A stretch of DNA of 64,000 nucleotides from Leucoraja erinacea (lineage: Eukaryota): assembly GCF_028641065.1 (NCBI RefSeq), contig NC_073410.1, positions 5,828,001 to 5,892,000 of the forward strand, given 5' to 3'. Shown here piece by piece: positions 1 to 29,274 of this stretch. The translations under genes and the position numbers were made by a program. Under the pieces are notes generated by a model that saw nothing but the letters and a program-made list of their open reading frames with translations, was not told the DNA's origin and did not search any database. Every line of letters starts with the position of its first letter. Position 1 is the stretch's first letter.

Positions 1-149
1 GGTATATACAGTAATTGCTAAGTTGCCTGATGACACAAAGTGGGAAAGTAACATGTGAAGAGGTCATAAGGAGGCTATAGTGAACTAAAATATAGCAAAT
101 AAGAGTATGATTTTACAAATGTGAAATTAATCATTTTCATATGGTCATA

Positions 150-820
150 AGATCATAAGTGATAGGAGCAGAATTAGGCCATTCTGTCCATCAAGTGTGC
201 ACCACCATTCAATCATCTATCTCTCCCTCCTAACCCCATTCTCCTGCCATCTGCCCATAACCACTGACACCTGTACTAATCAAGAATCTATCTATCTCTG
301 CCTTAAAAATATTCATTGACGGCCTCCACAGCCTTTTGTGGCAAATAATTCCACAGATTCACCACCTTCTGACAAAATAAATTGCTCCTCATCTCCTTCC
401 TTCAGGAATGTCCTTTAATTCTGAGGCAATTACCTAGATTCTGCCACTCGTGGAAACATCCTCTCCACATCCACGTTTGCCAAGCATTTTGACAGTTAAT
501 ATAAAAGAGCATATTATCTATATGGTGAGAGACTGCAGCATTCTGAGATGCATAGGGATCTTGGTGTCCTGGTGCATGATTCATTAATGGTTAGTATATA
601 TGTACAGCATGTAATTATGAAAACTAACATAATGTCGTTATTTATTGCAAAGTAATGGATTACAGAAATAGAGAGATTATGCTTCAGTTTTATAGAGTGT
701 GGTGAGACCACAACTAGGGTACTGTGTTTAGTGAGGAAGGATGTTTATACGTTGGAAGCCGTTCAAACAAGGCTTACTAAAACTAAACAAATATATGGAA
801 TGAGCAGGTTGTCTTACATT
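150..820. mobile_element. Degenerate CR1 fragments in both orientations
   Basis: 150-480 resembles the reverse CR1 3' end also seen at 49150-49680; 540-820 resembles CR1 RT on the + strand. Confidence 0.65.
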
Positions 821-1099
821 TCTAATTCATATGTTTATATGTATATCAAGGGCTTGGAGGAAAAGTGAGGAGGATGCAAAGTGATTACAAAAAGATTTGG
901 TCAGGTTAAGTATGTGTCCTAGAAACTGGCAAATGGTGTATAGAGGAAAAATGTGAAGTTATGTGCTTTGATATGAATAAAAGAAAAACAAAATATGTAT
1001 TAAACCTAATAAACGTTGGCCAACAAATAATCCCCAGTATTCTGGCTCATGTGATATGAAAAGTAAATATGCAGGTACGGTAAGCAATTAGGAATACAG

Positions 1100-1560
1100 G
1101 TCTGTGAATCTTTGTCAGAGCTGTGAAAGAGAAGGTTACAGCTTTGCAGGGAACCAGTGTTGAGAATAATCATGAGGCTGTTTTGCTGCCTCTCTTTACT
1201 GATTTGGCCAAAAAGACTGGGATCCTGTTGCAGAATAGGTCCTGAGTCCTTGGTCTCGGAGTTTGGAGATTGCATTAGTGTAGGGCCGGAAGATGGCTTC
1301 TGCAATGCACTATTATGGCAGTAGGTGGACCACAGTGGATCAAGGCTGGAGTTAATATGAATTTGACTTGCCTCCTGAAGTACTTCACGATGGTGTATGT
1401 CATTAAGACACTCTACCTTATTTTTCTTTGGCACCAGTATGATAATCATTAGCTTAAGCACATGGGAACTACAGGTTATAATAAGGAGGCTAAAAATGTC
1501 TGTGAATACTTCTGCTAGCTCGTCCGTGCAGGTTCTGAGGACACTCTGAAAGTTGCTTCA
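1100..1560 (-). mobile_element. Degenerate Rex1/Babar-type LINE RT fragment
   Basis: IIILVPKKNKVECLND...HINSSLDPLWSTY resembles the Rex1 RT N-terminus. Confidence 0.65.
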
Positions 1561-3776
1561 TCAATCAAAAGAATTTGACACACAGCCAAATAACAAGACA
1601 AGAATAACAACAAGATGTGATAAAATCCTCGGTCAAAGAGATAAGTTTGAAGGAGATGGAAAAAGTTCGGACCAAGAGTTTTAGGAAGTAAAAGTCCAGA
1701 GGCCAAGACATGTAATATTTTTCATGTCTGTTTCAATTCTCACCAGAATATTTTTATACAACATGTTTTTAATTAATTTTTCATCATTTAATGTAATAAA
1801 ACATTTTTTTCCTGTCATGAAGTTCTCTTATTACCACGTGGAAACATTAAAGTGCTGAAAGGGTTTGTTCCCCCCAGATATCAACCAACCATTTTGTTAT
1901 TTTTAAGATGAAGCAATGCACGAAAAAATAGAGCAAAACTATCTGAAAGAAAGACAATGAAATAGGGGGATAAACTGCAAATCATAGTTCAAAAAGATGC
2001 TGTAGTACTCCCAGCTCACCAATTTTCACCCAGCTCACCAATTTGGGAAATGAGAGGGGTGGGTGGAGCAGTAAATAGTCCATTAAATCTGGACATTGAG
2101 TCGTAAAATCAAAAGAAATCTGAAAACACTCAGCAAATTAGAGAACAGGACATTCAGAACTGTCTTTGAACTGGTTAGTACCACAAAGAAATGTTCCCAG
2201 CATTTTAGACTTGTATAACACAGAAACTGGCATATTTGTTCCACCAAGTTGATGCCAACCTTTTGCCATCTACACTAATCCCATTGGACTGCATTGGGTC
2301 CATTTCTTTCTCTGTATGCCTTGCCTATTTAAGTGCTTTCTAAAAATGTCTCTTATATATCGTGATTGGATCTGACTGAACCATCTCCTTTGGCAAAGAG
2401 TTCCAGATACTGATCTTTGAATAACATTCAAGGAAGAATTGAATGGATAGTTTGTGATTTTGGAACCAGGTAATTGCATTACAGAATCTTATCCACCATG
2501 CACTTTAGTCAATTAAAGCGAAAATGGATACATTGAAATCTGATGTTCAGCGCCAGAAAAAAAACAAAGGAATGCTGTGCTTTTTTCCCCCAAGGAAGGG
2601 AATAATTCTTTGGTTCAGAATTTCACATTGTGTACAGTATCCAGAGACCAATGCTAATGCTCCCCACTGTACAAACAACGATAACAAATCAGTTGAACTA
2701 ATCATTAACTATAAACTATCTGACAGCAAAAAGTGTGTTTTTCAACGGGCAGATTGGTTCTCATGAACTGTTTGTCTTCTCAAAGTACATTTTATTTCAG
2801 CTTAGTCATAATTTCAGTAACTGACAATTTATCCCATGAAATGTTGCAAGTCTTGATTTATTTTACCCTGAAGTAAATCAAAGCACATCATAAATTCACA
2901 TACTTTGTTTTATGCGAACAAAAGGTTCCTTTTTCTCAGTATACTCTCAAACTGAAGGAAAGGGCATAGCCAGATGTGATGCTCCTTGGTGATGCTTCTG
3001 TTGAAATTATTTCTTTACTTCATGGATTCTTGGACCAGCTAATGTTTACATTAGAGTATGACCAATGATTGTGAAAGAATTGGATAAATAGTTGAGACAG
3101 ATGTTAAAAGCAATGCAAAGTGGGTCTGAGATAAGTTTTGAACGCTTCAGTTTAGTTTAGTGTCACGTGTACTGAGGTACAGTGAAAAGCTTTTGTTGTG
3201 TGCTAACCAGTCAGCAGAAAGTCAAAACAAAATTACAATCATGCCATTTACAGTGTATAAATACATGATAATGAAATAACATTTAGTGCAAGGGAAAGCC
3301 AGCAAAGTCCGATCAAGGATAGTACGAGGGTCACCAATGAATTAGATAGCAGTTCAACATTGCTCTCTGGTTGTGGTAGGATGAGGAACTGTGGAGAGCT
3401 GAAAGGTTCCTGTGTATGTGTACAATTGTAGTGGAATAGATTCTAATTAAAAATACATAAAATAAGACAGCTGCGAGATATTCCATTGGCAAAAGACAAG
3501 GAAAATGTAGGTATGACAATAAGCAGAATGCTGAAGGAAAGATATTAGACTTCCATTTATTTGGCACTTCTTCACATAACCTATTGAGGTATTTCAGCTA
3601 CAATATTTTAAATGCTGTTTGATTTTGCAGAACAGCTAACAAAATATGCCAAAGAAGATCAAGGAAACAGAAATGTAATATGTCAGTTAGTATATGATAT
3701 TGATTGAGGGAGAAATGTTGCCCCAAATAGTCATAGAAAATTCATTTTCTTTTACAGAAGTATGAGATGGTTAACA

Positions 3777-3984
3777 CAAAATGCTGGAGTAACTCAGCGG
3801 GTGAGGCAGCATCTCTGGAGAGAAGGAATGGGCGATGTTTCGGGTTAAGACGTCGCCCATTCCTTCTCTCCAGAGATGCTGCCTCACCCACTGAGTTACT
3901 CCAACATTTTGTGTCTACCTTCGATTTCAAGTTCAAGTGAGTTTATTGTCATTTAAACCAGCATCTGCAATTCTTTCTTACACA
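3777..3984. mobile_element. Short fold-back Penelope-terminus-derived insertion
   Basis: Inverted arms of about 60 bp; 16 bp TSD tatgagatggttaaca at 3761-3776 and 3985-4000. Confidence 0.8.
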
Positions 3985-6330
3985 TATGAGATGGTTAACA
4001 TCCATCTGAACCTTTTAGGATTTCAGTAAAGCTCTCATCTAACAGATAACATCTTTAACAATACACCACTCCTTCAATTCTGCATAAGCCTTTGCAATCA
4101 TATTCTGGAATGGGTCGTGAATGTTCAGGTCCTTAACTCAAATATGAGAATAGACTCCACAAGCCAAAACAAGCTTGCAAATGTAGAAGCACCTGTGGCA
4201 TTTGTTTTTGTCTTATGTACGTGTTTCCACACGTGGATCATTCAAAACAGTTTGAGAAACATATTCTGAACAAATGCACAACTATGATCAGAATAGCCAG
4301 CTTTTGCCACCACCTGGTGGCTAACATGAAGAATTTATCAGTAACATTCTTCCTATTCTTAATATTTATCCCCAGCAAGAAAAGACAGATAAAAACGTAC
4401 ATGTGCATTTCTCGCCCTTTAGATTCCACGTAATGATGATAGTTGATAAATCAGCTGATTCTATGTTAGCAATAAATCAAACCAACAGAAGCAACATATG
4501 AAGATCACATTCTGTTTCAGGAGAAGTAATTTACAACAAAAATATATCCAAAGATATGCAGTTACGTATTATTCCCTATCTCTGCTTGAATTACCACATC
4601 TGATGTTTTATTTTTACATTATAATATTGACCACATTTGCTTTCTAAACTTAGTAAACTTACCTGTGCTGATTTATTTTTTTGCCCTTCCAACATTAAGG
4701 ATGAGTGTGTTTCGATTAATTGAAAGATACATCATGGAAATAGCCCCCTGACCCTCCACTGATAACTTTTCACAGGATAACATATCAGTGCTATGTAATC
4801 CACCTTTCACATCCACTCCTTACACACTTGGGGCAGTTTACAGAGGCCAATTAACCCACAAACCCTCTCACCTTGGTAATGTGGGAGGAAACTGGAGCAT
4901 CCAGAGGAAACCCATGCGGTCACAAGAACATGTGCAAACTCCACACAGACAGCACCCGAGGTCAGGATTGAACCCAGGTCTCTGTTGCAGTGAGACAGCA
5001 GCTCCACCAGCTGTGCCACTAGGTTGCCAATGTTCTTGAAGCCTATTCCCATTATTTGTTTGCCTGTACAACCCCAAAGACAAAGAGGGAATTTTAAAAG
5101 ATGTTGAAGACCTTGAAACTCAAAATAAAATGTTAACATATTCCAAGAATGGTAACAAAAAGGAAATCATAGGAAAGTTGACAATGGTCAGAAATTATCA
5201 TTTTTTAAATCAAGGACTTTAAATTGTCCTGGGAGAAATCCCAGTGATAGGCATTCATATTAAAAAACTACTGGAACTCAGCAGTCCAGGCAGCATCTGT
5301 GGAGGGAAATGAATAAATCATGTTTCAGGTTAGGACCCTTCTTCAGACCATTTCCGTCCACAGATGCTTTTGGAATTTACTGATATGTCTTTTTGAAATT
5401 TGGAAGAAGTCAAATTAATAAAAGTAGCTTTTTATGATGCTATTCTTTCAACATTCTTATTTTTTACACACTGAATTTCATGTTGAAACACTGTACAGTG
5501 ATTCAGAAAATAAATATCTTCTTTGATGCACGATAAGTTTGCCCCGCAGACAATGAGGTGATTGCCATATGCCAGCAATATCCTGTAAACACCCCTGAGA
5601 TGAATGGAGACACATGAAGCTTTTATTTCTGGGATAAATGTTGACAAGTCATGTACGTGTCCTTCAAGCCATGGGACAACTACAGCAAGGCTGACCTTTT
5701 CTTTCTAGTTTCCTGAGCCAACGAGGAGAAGCGGATCATGAGATCCACCCATGCAAAATGTTTCTGCTATAAATAGTGGCACCACTATTCCACAACTGAT
5801 CATGCCTGGAGACCACACTACCATTAGCAACCAGGACTGATTTTGCACACAATATACCTATCGTGTAACTGTCATTCACTAACAACTCGACTGATACTCC
5901 CATCAAACTCGAGAGGCTCTCTCTCTGCTATAATTTTAGTTACGCTTGGAGATATTATTAGACGATTATATTTCTTTAGTTGACATGTTGCATAAATAGA
6001 CTGCTACAGTTTTGAATGAATATAAAATACAGTTTCACCTTGCCTCCAATGTGCGATTACTGACACTAGTGGGCAGTCAATTTCATTGATTTAGATGTGT
6101 AAGCAAGATTGAAGTGACAGGTCACTTCCAACCTAACTTATAGACATTTCAATTATCAGTATTCATATGCAAACCACGGTAAAATGTAGAAAGAGTAGTT
6201 GGAAGAATGGAGCTAAAGTACATAAAGTAGTGCACATGGACTTCACAGACCATTATCTATGCCTTTCGCTATTGTTGTTAGAAGAGTGAATATTGTGGAT
6301 AGTCAAATGTATTGACTAACATCCTCTTAC

Positions 6331-6422
6331 CTTGTAGCAGTAATCAGACAGGTAGAGGATGCTGACATTATGCTGGCTCAGGGTGTTATGCAGAATAACC
6401 AGGGCTTGATCAATCTTCAGAT
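6331..6422 (-). CDS. HGSNAT-like (heparan-alpha-glucosaminide N-acetyltransferase-like) coding exon 2
   Basis: Acceptor ttacctccag, donor AAG|GTAAGA. (D)LKIDQALVILHNTLSQHNVSILYLSDYCYK resembles recalled human [34 protein letters not shown], including the N-glycosylation sequon. Confidence 0.75.
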
Positions 6423-6829
6423 CTGGAGGTAATGGGAAACAAACGAACAGCAAATTGTCACATCTCTTTTTGATAGTCGTTCTATTTCCTCCCATCCATT
6501 GCACTGCATTAAACTGGAAGATTGTCTCAGTCCTAATCGTGGATTTGTGCACTCTGACAACAAGATTCAAGTTGAAAATTAAGCATAGTCTTTTCCTCGC
6601 ACAAGCCAAATTGTTTACGCTCAATTGCCTTGTAAATAACACGTCATAATGATGTACGAACCAATGACAGTATTGTACACTTTGTGTAGTGCAGATGTTT
6701 AAGTGTCATGACTTAATATCAACTCTTTCCTTAGCCCCAAAAGTCTGGCTGGATTAATTTGGCACATTTCTTAACTTTGACTCAAAAGCTCTTAACTGGC
6801 TCAGCACATTGATACAATCACAAAAATAT

Positions 6830-7140
6830 GTTAACCATGGATCTACCTCCTCCGAAGTTTGAGGAGAATCAGAATGTCACCGAAAGTTTATCGAACGTTT
6901 ACAATTGTACGGTGGAAAGAATTCTGACTGGTTTGGAAATTTGAACTTTCAGGGATGAAGGAGGTCACACTGGGTATTGCCCAGTGCATCACAGATACTG
7001 ACCTTACCATCGAAGGGGTCGACAGGAAGCTCTGCTTCAAGAGAGTAGCTAATATCATCAAAGAGCCACACCATCCCAGCCACACTCTCTTCTTACCACT
7101 ACCATTGGGAAGAAGGTACAGGAGCATGCGATTCATTGCA
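6830..7140 (+). mobile_element. Rex1-type LINE 3' fragment
   Basis: ANIIKEPHHPSHTLFLPLPLGRRYRSMR. Confidence 0.7.
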
Positions 7141-7980
7141 TGACTGAAAACGTGCTATTGTGTTAAAGGAGCTGTCTTGTTAATGAGATGTTAACCCATG
7201 AAATGTCTGCTCTCACATATGAAGTAAAGTTCATATGATTAAGTACGGCACAGTGGAAAGTCTTGCTTGCACAGCATTCCAGGCATATAAACCTAAAGAA
7301 TGTAAAGCTAAAAGAGCACGTTGTTCTAGAATAGATTATCTAGTTATTATCACACTGCTGCTTGAGGTAGCCTGCAATGTCTCTAACTTAGAGTCATACA
7401 GCACGAAAACAGAACCTTCAGCTTAATTCGTCCATGCCGACCAAGATGCCCCATTGCTACTAGTCCCTTTTGCCTGCACTACACAGCAGTCACCACAATT
7501 CATTGAGTGGAAAGTGCTCTGGGATCCTCTAAAAGAAAGGTGAAAGATACCATGCAAATGCAGCAAGCATTTGTCTTCTTTTTTAGAGTTGGAGCCAGTC
7601 TGAAGAAGGTTCGGCCCAAATCGTTGCCTATTTCCTTCGCTCCATAGATGCTGCTGCACCCACTGAGTTTCTCCAGCATTTTTGTGTACCTTCATCTTCT
7701 TTTTTAGCCTCTGCACAAAACTATACTTGATACTCAGCGATCCTTTATGTCCTAAAGTTCAACATTGTTTGCCAGCCTCATTCAACAGCAAAACCTGAAT
7801 CCATGTCCACAAATAAAAAACACATAAAACATGAAAAGCATGAATCCAATCTGCATGGCAGCTATCAAGTCTTAGATTTTAAACCAGGAGATATTCAATC
7901 CAACAGGTCAGTATGATATGAATATCACAACCAAATCACTGCTTTGCAATTCACTGTCAGTCTCCATTTGTATTTCTTAC

Positions 7981-8050
7981 CCAAAGAAACTCCCTGGCTA
8001 CTCATCATTGCAACGAAAACCATGCCAACCACAGCCTTTTTCACCTCCAT
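7981..8050 (-). CDS. HGSNAT-like coding exon 1 (signal peptide)
   Basis: MEVKKAVVGMVFVAMMSSQGVSL then G|GTAAG. The phase-1 donor matches the next exon (g+at = Asp). Signal-peptide-like composition; an alternative in-frame ATG lies at 8065. Confidence 0.6.
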
Positions 8051-8777
8051 GTTTGACAAGTGCATAAGGATTTGAACTTTGGTCTTTGTTTTAAAAGGCA
8101 AGAGCAAAGTTCAAAATCAGATAAATGGCTGCAGAAATAATCAAAGTAATTTGCTTTATGTGAGCACAATAAATTAGATATTCATATTTCAGTTTACACC
8201 TAAAGTCCTAACGTAATCCATAGAATTTATGTAACATTTGGCTATCTCTATTTGCTACATCGCATTTTTTTTCCATTTCAGTTAAACTCTCCATTAAGTT
8301 AATGTATAATTAAGGTTTGGGTTACTGCAGTTATAAAATTTCCTGTAATAACCCTACTTTCCATTCTGTCGACACTTTCCAAAGTACTTCACAGTTAATA
8401 ATGTTCAAGCATATTCTCAAAGCCCAATGGAGGTGGTGTACCATCCACACTACTTCTCAGAATCCGCAGTTTGTGACCACTCAGGATGGTTTAGGAATGT
8501 TCAGACTGGCACTATGAACTTTGCGCCCATTTGTCAGAAGTACACAGAAGCCCAAAGCAAATGGCAGAGGGAGTTCACCACTTCCCATTGACTCACCTGC
8601 CAAGCACCTCTTGTCCAGAGTCCCACGTGAGCCTCATAGTCTTCTCTGAACCCACCAAACTGAAGTGGAAGCAAGTCATTCTTGATCCTGTTGGAGAATG
8701 CTGATTTACATAAAAACACACAAAGTGCTGAAGTAACGCTTCTGGTCAAGCAACATCTCTGGTGAACGTGGAGAGGT

Positions 8778-8805
8778 GACATTTCGGGTCGGGACCCTTC
8801 TTCAG
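8778..8805 (-). ncRNA. Hammerhead-like motif (variant stem III)
   Basis: Minus strand reads GU-CUGAAGA-A-GGGU(CCCG)ACCC-GAAAUGUC-AC. Confidence 0.5.
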
Positions 8806-8999
8806 ACGGTGATCGTATGGGTGACATCTCTAGCTGATAAAGAAGAAAACGTGCTGAATAAATAGGATGTTAATGTAACAGTTCATGGTAATGCAAGTTG
8901 TTGATGTAAAAGCACTGTATAAACACGTCATGTTTCTTGCCCTCCTGATGCTTTGATCGGTGCTTCCAGTATTTTCTGTTTGGTGTACGATCAATTTAA

Positions 9000-9270
9000 C
9001 CACTGCCCTTGCTCACTCTAAACTAACCCCCTTTGCAGCACTCCACTCATCCTCACTTTCCACTGCACCACATTCAAAGGATCATCTTCCACAATTTCTG
9101 CCATCTCCAACAATATTCCCACAATATTCCCACATCAGACATAACTGCCCCTCCTCTTTAAACATTCCCAAATGATTGTTCTCTCTGTTTCATTCAGGGC
9201 ATTTTCCATTGCTACTACAGAAAATGCATCTTCCTTTTCACCCCTTACCTTCTTGTCATCTAGGGAACTA
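9000..9270 (+). mobile_element. Degenerate Penelope-like ORF fragment (RT-endonuclease linker)
   Basis: Broken frames give PLILTFH, IQRIIFHNFCHLQ and GIFHCYYRKC. Confidence 0.5.
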
Positions 9271-10714
9271 AACCAAAATACAGTGATAAAATGTTGTTGC
9301 ATACTGACCAGTCAGCGGAAAGACAATATATGATTACAATCAAACCATTCACAGTGCACAGATATGTGATAAGGGAGTAACGTTTAGTACAAGATAAAAC
9401 CAGTAAAGTCTGATCAAAAATAGTCAAAGGATCTCCAAATGAGGCGGATAGTCATTCAGGACTATTTATTCTCTAGTTCTGGTAGAGAGTACCAGAGAGT
9501 TCAGTTGTCTGATAATAGTTGGGAAGAAACTGTCCCTGAATCTGGTGGTGTGCATTTTCACACTTTTATACCTTTTGCCTGATGGGAGAGGGGAGAAGAG
9601 GGAATAGCCAGGGTGCAACTAGTCCTTGATTATGCTGCTGGCCTTGCCGAGGCAACGTGAGGTATAAATGGAGTCAATGGGAGGTTGGTTTGTGTGACGG
9701 TGCGGGCTGCGGCCACAATTCTCTGCAATTTCTTGCGGTCTCGGATGGAGCTGTTCCCTGAAGCTGTGATACTTCATATGTTAATAACTGGCACTAGATT
9801 GCAACTTCTCCGTTCTGCGTGGAATGGGACACAAAGACAATGACAGTGAATGTGTTGCTGGCAAATTCCTCAGATGGCTTCCGAGTGCCTGCCACATGTG
9901 TCAAGGTAAGGACAATGATTGTGTTGACAACTGATACTGGCTGGCATCTTCTGAACTTCACATGGATCGGAATGCAAAGATAGTGACAACGAATGTGTTA
10001 ATAGCAAGGTAGACAAAAGTGCTGGAGAAACTCAGCGGGTGCAGCAGCATCTATGGAGCGAAGGAAATAGGCAACGTTTCAGGCCAAAACCCTTCTTCAG
10101 ACTGGGGTAAATCGGAGGTATAATGCTAAAGACAGTGGGCTTGTTAAATGGCAAATATTAGCTGCTGTGTTGGTTTGAATTGAAGACTTTATTGTCACAT
10201 GTGACAAGTCACAGTGAAATTCTTTGCCTGCATACCCAGTTAATGAATTGTACACTTCCAACAGCTTTTTTTTTTCTTGGTTCTTGGTTTCTTGGTCCTC
10301 CAAAATATTCCAAATGGAATTTAAACTGGTGAAGGGAGGACTTAAGCCAGAGTTATTGGGAAGAAAGAGCTACTTTAAATTTAGTTGCATCTGGCTGGGT
10401 AACTATAGTAGGGTGGAGATTATTCCATGCTTTAATTGTGCGGGGGAAGAACGAATAGCTGTACACATCTGTAGCAGTATCTCTGGAGAGAAGGAATGGG
10501 TGACACTTCGGGTCGAGACCCTTCTTCAGTCCGAAGCATCACTAATTCCTTCTCTCCACAGATGCTGCCTGTCCCACATAAGTTACATGAACTACTCCCA
10601 CAGAAGGTAGTTGAGGCCACAGTTCATTGGCTATATTTAAGAGGGAGTTAGATGTGGTCCTTGTGGCTAAAGGGATCAGGGGGTATGGAGAGAAGGCAGG
10701 TACAGGATACCTGC

Positions 10715-11317
10715 CTTCGGTATCTTGTACAGGGTCTTGGTGAGACCACACCTGGAGTATTGCGTACAGTTTTGGTCTCCAAATCTGAGGAAGGACATTA
10801 TTGCCATAGAGGGAGTGCAGAGACGGTTCACCAGACTGATTCCTGGGATGTCAGGACTGTCTTATGAAGAAAGACTGGATAGACTTGGTTTATACTCTCT
10901 AGAATTTAGAAGATTGAGAGGGGATCTTATAGAAACTGACAAAATTCTTAAGGGGTTGGACAGGCTAGATGCAGGAAGATTGTTCCCGATGTTGGGGAAG
11001 TCCAGGACCAGGGGTCACAGCTTAAGGATAAAGGGGAAATCCTTTAAAACCGAGATGAGAAGAACTTTTTTCACACAGAGAGTGGTGAATCTCTGGAACT
11101 CTCTGCCACAGAGGGTAGTTGAGGCCAGTTCATTGGCTATATTTAAGAGGGAGTTAGATGTGGCCCTTGTGGCTAAGGGGATCAGGGGGTATGGAGAGAA
11201 GGCAGGTAGGGATATTGATTTGGATGATCAGCCATGATCATATTGAATGGCGGTGCAGGCTCGAAGGGCCGAATGGCCTCTACTCCTGCACCTATTGTCT
11301 ATGTCAATGTTTCTATG
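10715..11317 (+). mobile_element. CR1 LINE 3' end, 5'-truncated, young
   Basis: ORF LVRPHLEYCVQFWSP...FFTQRVVNLWNSLP; short-repeat tail; partial duplicate at about 10590-10710. Confidence 0.9.
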
Positions 11318-11440
11318 TTACTCCAGCACTTTGTGCTTGTCTCTGGTTTAAACCAGCATCTGCAGTTCCTTCCCACACACACACTTCACCAGGAGGTCAG
11401 ATTCAAACCTGAGCGGCAGTTGACGTTCTGTACGCGGTGT

Positions 11441-11757
11441 CGTCACGCGGGGGGGGGGGGGGGTGCCCTTCCGTGACGAAAGACGTCGCAGAGCATCCCG
11501 GGCGTGATTACGTCATTGGCACGATCACGTGACGCCGGGGGGGGGGAGGTGCCCTCCGTGACGAAAGACGTCGCAGAGCATCCCGGGCGTGATTACGTCA
11601 TTGGCACGATCACGTGACGCCGGGGGCCCGGGCGTGATTACGTCATTGGCACGATCACGTGACGCCGGGGGGGGGAGGGACGGGGGAGGCGTTTGAGGGT
11701 TGGAACGAACCGAGCGGAGGTGTTTTAGTGACGGACATCAGGCGGCGTTGGCCTATA

Positions 11758-11760
<3 letters not shown>
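11441..11760. promoter_or_regulatory. CpG-rich ECD promoter with three copies of a CRE-like/CCAAT/E-box module
   Basis: CCCGGGCGTGATTACGTCATTGGCACGATCACGTGACGCCGGGGG begins at 11497, 11582 and 11627, directly upstream of the ECD ATG. Confidence 0.75.
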
Positions 11761-27305
<15,545 letters not shown>

Positions 27306-29274
27306 AAGAACAGTCACATAATGGCTCTGTCAGGTGCACACCTCCTGCAACAGATTTTTATCATCCATTCTGTTACTTTTGCGTCACCTTCCAAACTCTA
27401 CGCGTGTTCCACGCTACAGTTAAACCAGGGCTGCTAGTCCATCATTAGAGACAAGCATCCATTAAATCTGACTTTGGTGCTGCTGTCTGCTTTAATTTGC
27501 CATGAATTGAAAACAAAGTACAGCAATCAGAGTGTTCACTTTTTCGTATTTTAATACTTTCATCAAAATATTACAGAAAATATTTTTGTAACTGTAAATA
27601 AATGAAAACTTAAGCAACAATTTCCAAATAATGTGGAGACGCTTGGTCATTATTGTTAAGATTATTCCTGCTGTGTTTTTTTTTTTGCACAATCCGCAGG
27701 CATTGCCACTTTCATTTCACTGCACATTTTGTGACAAATAAAGTTGACGACTTAACTTAAAAGAATCAGCAATGGGATTGTGAAGTGAATACATCTTCCA
27801 ACATCATTTTATCACCCATCTACTGTTCATAGATAATAATTATATTTTGCTGCACTCATTTAGACAAATAGGGAGTGTTTTATCACGCTTCTAATGGCTT
27901 CATAGTGGAAAAGGTTATGCCTTCAGAAGATATATCACTTTCCCCATGCTAACAAATCTCTGACTAGCTTTTCTAGCCACCATATTAACCTGGCTGTGTA
28001 GGAAAGAACTGCAGATGCTGGTTTCAATTAAAGGTAGACCCAAAATGAGTAACTCAGCAGGCCAGGCAGCACCTCTGGAGAGAAGGAATGGGTGATGTTT
28101 TCGGGTCGAGACCCTTCTTCCGACTTGGCTGATGCATTTGAGTTTCTGGTGAATAATGGCCCCCTTGATTGTGATGGTATTGACTCTAAATGTTAGATGG
28201 ATAGACTCCTGAATTGGAGATGGTCATTGCCAGGGGGTTTTGTGGTAAGGCAGACTGAGTTGGATTGCCACCTAATCCATGCTGAATTCAGGTCTCATAG
28301 TAGAGCAGAATGGGACAGTTTGCACCTATTTCTATGTTTGCAAAAGGAATGGGTGATGAATGCTGGGTCGACAGCGTGCGTCCCTTGACTTTCTGTGAAT
28401 AATGGCCCCCTTGATAGGAAGGTTATTGACTAAAGAAAGGATAGACTCTGGGGAATTGAGATGCATTGATGCCCATGCTGGGGTAATTGACTTTCAACAA
28501 CCACAACTGTTCTTCTCATAGTATGGCTTGGACAGTTTCATTTCTGAAAAGTTGCAAATTGTATTGAATGTTGAATTAACAAGTGACTTCCCCACTCACT
28601 AGGACCGTGCTTGGCCCATGGTGATTTGGGTACTCTGGGGAATTTTGCTGCTGGAACCCCATGGCAATGTGATGGATTTTTACATAAAACTGTAACATTA
28701 TGTTGTCTTCTCTTGTGTGGGTTGTGTAACTTCAACTGCTGCAGAAACGGCATTTCGTTTGGACCTCCAGGGGTCCAAATGACAATTAAATTGACTATTG
28801 ACTATTGACTGCACTCCTCATTGAAGCAATGTCAAGGAAATGCCAGGCCGTGAGGTTGCAGATTGCAATGGTGTACATTTCTGCTGCATTGGTCCAGTGT
28901 CACATGGATGTCTAGTTTGGTTTGCCAGGTCTACTCTGAATCTATCCCAATTGTCCCCAAGAACACAATATATGTTCATTACCAGACTGCTGTTTGTGAG
29001 AGCTTTCTCCATGCAAACCTGCTGCCACAGTGCTGTACACATGTCGTCAGAGAGCAACTTGTATAACCTCTGGATTTTGAGGCAGCTGGAAATCACAAGA
29101 GCCAGAAGTTATAAATGACCTTGTGTTGAATAGCTTTACATGATTTCCTAGTGAGACATGTATTTGGATGTGTCCTCTTCTCCACTGCAGCATCAGCGAT
29201 TAATCATTTGAGTGGCAAGGTGGAATACGACTCCCTGAGTTAAATTCTAATATTTGAAATATACTGAACATTTT

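Noticed and set aside
2590-3050. Possible HGSNAT-like exons 3-4 (SITSGYALSFSLRV; GEH*HWSL)
   Set aside because: In-frame stops, no matching splice phases, and similarity too weak to judge by eye.
10725-11237. 170 aa ORF upstream of ECD as a host gene
   Set aside because: It is the CR1 ORF2 C-terminus, with a near-identical copy at 52329-52610.
28144-28450. Short imperfect direct repeat (gtgaataatggcccccttgat) about 245 bp apart
   Set aside because: Old local duplication with no evident structure or function.
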